14,060 bases of DNA from Promethearchaeota archaeon (GTDB lineage Archaea; Asgardarchaeota; Lokiarchaeia; Sigyniarchaeales; SOKP01): the NCBI GenBank assembly GCA_048938445.1, contig JBHLME010000116.1:1-14060 (forward strand), in the 5' to 3' direction. Of this stretch, positions 8,502-14,060 are shown piece by piece (within the stretch, counting starts at the first letter, position 1; each line of letters opens with the position of its first letter). Both the position numbers and the translations under genes were made by a program. The notes below the pieces were generated by a model, which saw only the letters and a list, made by a program, of their open reading frames with translations, did no database searches and had not been told where the DNA came from.

Positions 8502-8936
8502 ATGAATGAAAGTAATGATGCAGTTTCGAGTTTCAAGAACGGTTTTAACTGTTCTCAATCAGTGTTATCTACTTTTAGCCCTCAATTTGGTCTTAATAGA
8601 GAAAAAGCATTAAAAATTTCTACTGGTTTTGGAGGTGGTATGGGGAGTATGGGTGAAACATGTGGTGCTGTCACTGGTGCTTTCATGGTTATTGGATTAA
8701 AATATGGAAGAATAAAAATAGAAGACACTCTAGCAAAAGAGAAAACATACCAAATGGTGAGGGAATTTGTCAATCAATTTAAAAAAATTTATGGTTCCAT
8801 TAAATGCAAAGAATTACTTGGTTGCGATATAAACACGCTTGAAGGAAAAGAAAAGGCAATGGACCAAAATCTATTTAAAGAGCTTTGCCCTAAATTTGTA
8901 GAAGATGCCGCTAAGATATTGAATAAAATCTTATAA
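8502..8936 (+). CDS. C_GCAxxG_C_C family putative redox-active protein (144 aa)
   Basis: GFNCSQSV, GFGGGMG..GETCGAVTGA, GSIKCKELLG and LCPKFV give the four-Cys signature of the family. An SD-like GAAGGT lies upstream. Confidence 0.92.
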   Translation: MNESNDAVSSFKNGFNCSQSVLSTFSPQFGLNREKALKISTGFGGGMGSMGETCGAVTGAFMVIGLKYGRIKIEDTLAKEKTYQMVREFVNQFKKIYGSIKCKELLGCDINTLEGKEKAMDQNLFKELCPKFVEDAAKILNKIL

Positions 8937-9010
8937 TAATATGTGAAATCTTAAAACGATAAACTTTATAAAAATAATATAATAATTCTCTCAAAATATT
9001 GTAGTTTAAC

Positions 9011-9019
9011 AAAAAAAAA
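9011..9019 (-). terminator. Oligo-T tract, candidate archaeal terminator of the small ORF
   Basis: A9 on the + strand is T9 on the - strand, ~12 nt after the stop at 9031. Confidence 0.4.
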
Positions 9020-9030
9020 TAGATAATAAT

Positions 9031-9183
9031 CTATTGAAATCCTTTAAATTCCTTTTTTTCTTCGGGTTTTTTTTTTCTACCCGATTCAGATAAAAGATTA
9101 AAAGTACTAGAAACCCCTAAACGTTCTATCTCGTCTTTTTCTTTTTGAACATCGTGCCCGTTTTCTTGCTCTTCATCTGACAT
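9031..9183 (-). CDS. Small hypothetical protein, 50 aa (not in ORF track)
   Basis: MSDEEQENGHDVQKEKDEIERLGVSSTFNLLSESGRKKKPEEKKEFKGFQ* with ATG at 9183 and TAG at 9033-9031. An SD-like AGAGGT lies ~9 nt upstream, GC is higher than in the flanks, and a T9 tract follows the stop. Confidence 0.65.
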   Translation of the reverse strand: MSDEEQENGHDVQKEKDEIERLGVSSTFNLLSESGRKKKPEEKKEFKGFQ

Positions 9184-9347
9184 TACAGAAATACCTCTTT
9201 TTAATTTTAATAAAATTTCCTTTATTTAAATTTAATCAAGATAGTTAATAAAGAAATCATAAAAATGAATATTAATATCAGAAAATCTTCATTAAATAAT
9301 AAAAGAATCTGAAGGATATTTTCACTTAAGAACTAATATTATCTATT

Positions 9348-11537
9348 TTACTGGTATGGTTTAATTACATGAACTATATCATCATAATCTATTCCCAATT
9401 CCCTAACAAGTTCTATTGTAGGACACCCAAACGCGTTCCATCCCCGTTTTTGATACACTGCTTCTTGTAACTTGAAATATTGAATTTCTCGATGTTTTCT
9501 TAAAATGTTCATTTTTTCTTCTATTGTTTTATCTTTGAGATCTATTTCTAGTTGTTGCAGTTGTTCGTCATATCTTTCTTGCCGGCTCTCATATTCCATT
9601 TTAGTTACAGGACCCATTGCTCTATAAGGTAAGTTAGAATCATTTTCTCGCAGTCCCTTTCCTTGTCGAATGTTAAATATTCTCTGAAGAGTGTAGACTC
9701 TTTCAGACATCCTTATTAAATCATCCGGTTCGGACTTGATACCAGTTACTGCCGTAAAATAATCAGCATACCATTGGACATGTTGAGGGATTTTTGCTTG
9801 CAATAGTTCCCCTGCGATTTTAATGGGCAAGTCAAAATTGCTAGGAGGAGGAACGTCATTCCATGGTAGCTTGCATAATCCACATAATCCAAACCATGTT
9901 CTCCAAAGTGGAAACCAATATAATGCTTTAGCTTTATCTTCAAAAGTAGGGATAGAATGCCTGACAATATCCTCAAAAATTAACCAGGCTTCATCATGTT
10001 GAGGTCCTTTATTAGTTAAACCATATCCTCCTTGTTGAGTGAGTGATTCTTTAGTGACATATTCTGAAAATTCTAATCCTTTATGTTCCATACCAATGTC
10101 TTGAAGAAATTGTGGATCACCACTATATTTTTCAGCAAATAATTTCTTTAATCGCTTGATTCCTTCTCCCACCACATTTCCAAAACCTTCTCCTCTTGCG
10201 ATTTGATGGACTAATTCCATTGCATCAGCAGCATTACCAAAATTTAATTCAAGACCGCCAGTAATGTCTTTGTTAATGATCCCTTCCTCATAACATTCCA
10301 TGACAAAAGCTATTCCCGTTCCAACTCCTATCGTGTCAAGTCCGTAAGTATCACAGTAAAAATTTACTTCAAGCACCCACTTTGGGTCCCATACTCCCCA
10401 ATTTGAACCGCATCCTGCTATCGTTTCATATTCAGGACCATCAACAATGACCTTTTCACCTTTAAATGGACCTGTCATTACTTGATAATCTTTAACCCAA
10501 TGACTGCAACTTACACTACATCCATGAAAGCAGCCATCTGCTCCTTTCCCTGTGTGTTCTCCAAAGATTTCAAACCAATCTTGTCTTTTATATGGGATAT
10601 TTTTATCCTTAATTCCGCGGGGTTGACCAAATCGAAAGTTCTCGGTAGGTAATAAATCCGTCATATTCATTATATCAGGAAGATACCCAGTTCCTACAAA
10701 TCGCATTTGATTCATTGATGGGTCGTATGTTACGATTTCTTTTTTATGTTTCCTTCCAATTTCGGTTAATTTAGCTGGATCTGCGGGATCGTTTTTTTTA
10801 ACATCATATACAGGTGATCTGCAGGCAAGAGCCTTAAGACGTTTATCAACAAATACAGTACCTATTCCACCTCGACCTGCTTGCTTGTAAGAAGGCCATT
10901 TTCTCTTACGACTGTACCAAGAAGAATTCAACATCCCCCATCGAGAATATTTCGCACCAGGGCCAGTACTGACTACGGAAACCAGCTGCTTTTCTTTCTC
11001 ACTTGAATCTTTAGCAAATTGTTCTGTTAATTGTTGAGTAAGTAAATGAGAATAGTTAGAAAGATCATCTTTTTGTTCTACTTGTAGGAGTTGTATGACA
11101 TGATCTTGACCATTTATGAAAATAATCGTTTCTTGTTCTGATTTTCCTTGAATTTCTAATGCATCGAATCCCGAATATTTTAGATATGGACCAAAATGAC
11201 CCCCTACATTACTATCAATAATTATTCCCGTTAATGGTGATATGGAGGTAACAATTGATTTGCCTCCTCCAGGATAATAAGTTGATGCTCCAAGCGGTCC
11301 AGTTGCCCAGCATATTTCATTTTCAGGATCATCCCATTTTACAATTCTATCTTTTGGAAGAGAATTCCACATAAGCCATAAATCAAAGCCACGTCCACCA
11401 ACAAATTTTTCCTTCATTTCATCTGAAACAGGTTTAATTTTAATTTCATTGGTTGTTAGATTTATATATAACGTTCGATTTGTATATCCTCTAGACATTT
11501 TTTGATGCTCATATGTCAATTTTGCGACAATTTTCAT
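9348..11537 (-). CDS. aor: Tungsten-dependent aldehyde:ferredoxin oxidoreductase family protein (729 aa)
   Basis: AOR-family motifs: FVGGRG, SPLTG...SNVGG.FG..LK.SGFDA, QAGRGGIG, GCFHGCSVSC (Fe-S ligands), DGPEYET, CDTYGLDTI, LCGLC, and the C-terminal Y..RGW...G.PT. Confidence 0.93.
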   Translation of the reverse strand: MKIVAKLTYEHQKMSRGYTNRTLYINLTTNEIKIKPVSDEMKEKFVGGRGFDLWLMWNSLPKDRIVKWDDPENEICWATGPLGASTYYPGGGKSIVTSISPLTGIIIDSNVGGHFGPYLKYSGFDALEIQGKSEQETIIFINGQDHVIQLLQVEQKDDLSNYSHLLTQQLTEQFAKDSSEKEKQLVSVVSTGPGAKYSRWGMLNSSWYSRKRKWPSYKQAGRGGIGTVFVDKRLKALACRSPVYDVKKNDPADPAKLTEIGRKHKKEIVTYDPSMNQMRFVGTGYLPDIMNMTDLLPTENFRFGQPRGIKDKNIPYKRQDWFEIFGEHTGKGADGCFHGCSVSCSHWVKDYQVMTGPFKGEKVIVDGPEYETIAGCGSNWGVWDPKWVLEVNFYCDTYGLDTIGVGTGIAFVMECYEEGIINKDITGGLELNFGNAADAMELVHQIARGEGFGNVVGEGIKRLKKLFAEKYSGDPQFLQDIGMEHKGLEFSEYVTKESLTQQGGYGLTNKGPQHDEAWLIFEDIVRHSIPTFEDKAKALYWFPLWRTWFGLCGLCKLPWNDVPPPSNFDLPIKIAGELLQAKIPQHVQWYADYFTAVTGIKSEPDDLIRMSERVYTLQRIFNIRQGKGLRENDSNLPYRAMGPVTKMEYESRQERYDEQLQQLEIDLKDKTIEEKMNILRKHREIQYFKLQEAVYQKRGWNAFGCPTIELVRELGIDYDDIVHVIKPYQ

Positions 11538-11586
11538 ATTTTAAGTTAGCACCTACATTAATAAACAAGTATCTTAAATTGTTGAT

Positions 11587-11594
11587 TTATATAA
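11587..11594 (-). promoter_or_regulatory. Candidate TATA box of the AOR gene
   Basis: TTATATAA preceded by an A-rich BRE-like stretch, ~50 nt upstream of ATG 11537. An SD-like AGGTG lies in between. Confidence 0.4.
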
Positions 11595-11761
11595 TTATTT
11601 TTTCCAAGTTATAATTCTAATATTTTTATTTTAGAAAAATTGATTTGTTTGATTATTTTTAAAAAGTAAATTGAATCATAGTTTTTTTTAAATATGATGC
11701 TCGATTCAGAATCCATTTTAAAAAATAGAGTTAAATCTCTAGAATAAAAAAGAATCCAATT

Positions 11762-12559
11762 CTATTTTGAACCATAAAGATGATCAATTTCTTTCATTAT
11801 TTCCTCTTCTGTAACATCTCTATCTTCAATAGGGAAATGTCTTTTATTAAAAAATTTTTTAAAACTTTTTGGCATTGTCCATGCAATTAATGAGCCTAAT
11901 GAAAAAGAACTTGCAAGTATTGCTCTAAATAGAAATGATAAATCGTAAAAAAACCTAAGATAGATGGGATTAAATCGTCCTATAACAAGGAGGAATAGGG
12001 GCATCCCAAGGTTGCTATATGCTAAGGCTACGATCCCACTTAATAAATACCGAATCTTTATCCAAGGTTCTATATTCATATTCCTGTATTTAGAATATTG
12101 TTTTAATGAGATATATGCAAACCAATAACCAGAAATTGCATGATCAATACTATAAGAAATCGCGTAAATAAACAATGCTATTGCAGTTAATTGAGTTAAA
12201 GTTCTAGTAAAAAATTGCATTATAAATGCAAAGAAAAAATTACCAATTAATAATGGTACTACTATTTTATAAGGACTCTTCTTCTGCTTATAAAATGTTT
12301 TTTGAATAAATGTTACTATTAATAATTGACTCGTTAAAGTTAATACTTGGAATATAGGTGCCCATAATTCACTTTCAATATAAACCATCAACCGTGATAG
12401 CAAGAATGAGATACCAACCGTTAAGTTAAATAAAGCTAAATATAATAAATTCCTTATTTTTGAATTGATGGTTTTATATATAAGCATAATCCCTATTAAA
12501 AGTTGAATTGTAAGGGTTGGAACTAATAAAGTCATATCAGGTATGGGATTTAGTGCCAT
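11762..12559 (-). CDS. Stand-alone seven-transmembrane protein, function unknown (265 aa)
   Basis: Seven hydrophobic segments are visible by eye: LLVPTLTIQLLIGIMLIY; LLYLALFNLTVGISFLL; IFQVLTLTSQLLIVTFI; IVVPLLIGNFFFAFIMQFF; IALFIYAISY..AISGYWFAYI; YLLSGIVALAYSNLGMPLFLLVI; FLFRAILASSFSLGSLIAW. Loops after TM1, TM3 and TM5 are basic. An amphipathic PKSFKKFF and an acidic TEEEIM tail follow TM7. Confidence 0.8.
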   Translation of the reverse strand: MALNPIPDMTLLVPTLTIQLLIGIMLIYKTINSKIRNLLYLALFNLTVGISFLLSRLMVYIESELWAPIFQVLTLTSQLLIVTFIQKTFYKQKKSPYKIVVPLLIGNFFFAFIMQFFTRTLTQLTAIALFIYAISYSIDHAISGYWFAYISLKQYSKYRNMNIEPWIKIRYLLSGIVALAYSNLGMPLFLLVIGRFNPIYLRFFYDLSFLFRAILASSFSLGSLIAWTMPKSFKKFFNKRHFPIEDRDVTEEEIMKEIDHLYGSK

Positions 12560-12594
12560 TTCTATATTTATTTCCTTTTTTGTTAAAAATTATT

Positions 12595-12870
12595 TTAAAA
12601 TTTATCCATAGTAATTAATGATTGATTTTCTTTTAGTTCTAATAATAATAAAGCAATTAAATCTTCTATATTATCAAATTTTAATCTCACTAATCTTTCC
12701 TTTAAGGCATTTTCAATCGAATATTTCAAATCTAGATAAGTCACTTGATTAAAATCGAAATATGGTCCTAATTGATCCTTAATAGATAATTTTATCAAAC
12801 CTCGAGTTGCTGATGGACTTATATTAATCTTTTTAGCAAGGATGTCTGATAGATAATTAATTATCGTCAA
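12595..12870 (-). CDS. Small all-helical hypothetical protein (91 aa), probably co-transcribed with the 7TM gene
   Basis: TTG start with SD-like GAGGAG upstream. Leu/Ile periodicity suggests helices. The gap to the 7TM ATG is only 35 bp. Confidence 0.75.
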   Translation of the reverse strand: MTIINYLSDILAKKINISPSATRGLIKLSIKDQLGPYFDFNQVTYLDLKYSIENALKERLVRLKFDNIEDLIALLLLELKENQSLITMDKF

Positions 12871-13009
12871 TAATAATGCTCCTCAGTTCTTATTAAATTC
12901 AATCTATAGTATTAACTGATATCTCCTATCAAGTGAAAAATTTCAATTTTAGTATTAGAACTAAATTTAACCGTATATGGTGGACTATTTTAATTTCTAT
13001 AACTATTCG

Positions 13010-13028
13010 AAAAAAATATAAAAAAAAA
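13010..13028 (-). terminator. Oligo-T tracts downstream of the histidine kinase
   Basis: Two long A runs on the + strand (T runs on -), ~55-70 nt after the stop at 13081. Confidence 0.35.
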
Positions 13029-13080
13029 TATTTATAAATCTTCCTTTTATTTTCAGAAAACTAATTAGAGTCAAAATAAT

Positions 13081-14060
13081 TTATTTGCTTTCTGGAATCA
13101 TTATGCTGAATTTAGTTCCTTGAGATGGATCCCCCTTGATTTTATCTTCTACCCAAATTTCACCGCCATATGCATCTATTAATTTTTTAACAAGTGTTAA
13201 TCCGAATCCCATTCCTTTTGAACGCTTTTCTTTTTTATGACCTTCTTTAAAAATTATTTGTTTCAGTGCATCACTGATTCCGATACCATTATCAATAATA
13301 TCAATTTTTATATGGTCAATATCATTCTTTCTTTCCTTTAACATACTGATGTAAATTTTCACGGGAGTATTCTTATTATATTTTATGGAATTTATCAGTA
13401 TATTTTCAAACACACCTACTAACAGGTCATTAGCTTTAATCGTGAGATTTTTATCAGGAAAATTACCATATATGATGACTTTCTTCTTTTCATAACTTTT
13501 ATAAATGAAATCAATCGCATTTTTTAAAACTTCACAGACATTTACAATTTTTAAGAATTCATCTGGTTTTTCCTCTAATCTTGATAATTGCCGGATATTA
13601 TATATTAATTTAATCCCATTTATCACTTGTTCATTAATGATATTCATCATCTCATCAATCTTTTCAGATTTATTCTCTTGATTCTTGTAAAACTTATAAA
13701 CTTGAAAAGAACCCTTGATATTATTCAAAATATTGAGCATATCATGAGTAAAAATGTCTTTATAAAAATCAGCCTGTTCATATGCTTTTCGATAATTTTC
13801 TTCAGAGGTTTGTAATTTTTGTTTTGCATTCTCCATCTCAGTAATATCTTCAAAAATTGCCATTCCTAAAGGTTTATCATCAATGGTAAGTAAAGAAAGA
13901 TTAGGACGAATTAAAGCACTCGAACCATCTTTTTTAATTACTTCTATTTCAATAGGTTTTATTTTTTCTCCTTTTTGATGACTAATTAATCTTTTTTTAA
14001 GAATAGGTATTTGTTCAGGGTTCATCAATTCAGGTAGATGTAAATAATTTTTACCCTTTA
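13081..14060 (-). CDS. PAS-domain sensor histidine kinase, 5'-truncated
   Basis: The frame stays open past the track start (14028) to the window end (...KGKNYLHLPELMNPEQ). PAS/PAC end: KKDGS...FEDITE. H box FTHDMLN (His 13744-13746), N box FENILINSIKY, G1 IIDNGIGI, G2 GMGFGL, and GTKF. Confidence 0.95.
   Translation of the reverse strand, partial: KGKNYLHLPELMNPEQIPILKKRLISHQKGEKIKPIEIEVIKKDGSSALIRPNLSLLTIDDKPLGMAIFEDITEMENAKQKLQTSEENYRKAYEQADFYKDIFTHDMLNILNNIKGSFQVYKFYKNQENKSEKIDEMMNIINEQVINGIKLIYNIRQLSRLEEKPDEFLKIVNVCEVLKNAIDFIYKSYEKKKVIIYGNFPDKNLTIKANDLLVGVFENILINSIKYNKNTPVKIYISMLKERKNDIDHIKIDIIDNGIGISDALKQIIFKEGHKKEKRSKGMGFGLTLVKKLIDAYGGEIWVEDKIKGDPSQGTKFSIMIPESK

Noticed and set aside
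8582-8773. Track ORF 63 aa (-)
   Set aside because: Antisense shadow of the C_GCAxxG_C_C gene.
4920-8936. Selenocysteine read-through of TGA-ending redox genes (stops at 4933 and 8388) or Sec in the C_GCAxxG_C_C protein
   Set aside because: Both TGAs are followed by TAA within a few codons and are not at Cys-motif positions. All motif positions are ordinary Cys codons.
9064-9081. RKKKP in the microprotein as a nuclear-localisation-like signal, or its A-run as a frameshift site
   Set aside because: Lys runs follow naturally from A-rich codons, and there is no long alternative frame to shift into.
9746-9976. Track ORF 76 aa (-) inside aor
   Set aside because: Alternative frame within a conserved gene. 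The aor frame is intact, so no frameshift is needed.
11762-12559. 7TM protein as a rhodopsin, or FNPIY as the GPCR NPxxY motif
   Set aside because: There is no Schiff-base Lys in TM7. NPIY has the wrong spacing and lies in the TM6-TM7 loop.
13627-13815. Track ORF 62 aa (+)
   Set aside because: Antisense to the histidine kinase.

Overview
AT-rich prokaryotic chromosomal window. It is most likely archaeal and probably Asgard/Lokiarchaeia, an inference from gene families, TATA-like promoters and oligo-T terminators. From left to right: (1) a >1360-aa secreted multidomain S8 subtilase on the minus strand, absent from the ORF track because it runs off the left edge; (2) an AbrB-like/Zn-ribbon protein, a QueG/RdhA-superfamily 2x[4Fe-4S] protein and a small internally duplicated protein; (3) divergently, a three-module DUF362 Fe-S protein and a C_GCAxxG_C_C redox protein; (4) an unlisted 50-aa ORF; (5) a tungsten aldehyde:ferredoxin oxidoreductase-family gene; (6) a two-gene unit of a 91-aa helical protein and a stand-alone non-rhodopsin 7TM protein; (7) a 5'-truncated PAS histidine kinase. 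I found no rRNA, tRNA, CRISPR or mobile element. The best candidates for new biology are the 7TM + small partner module, the DUF362 fusion with a double-palindrome operator, and the subtilase architecture. All calls come from manual reading, with no database searches.
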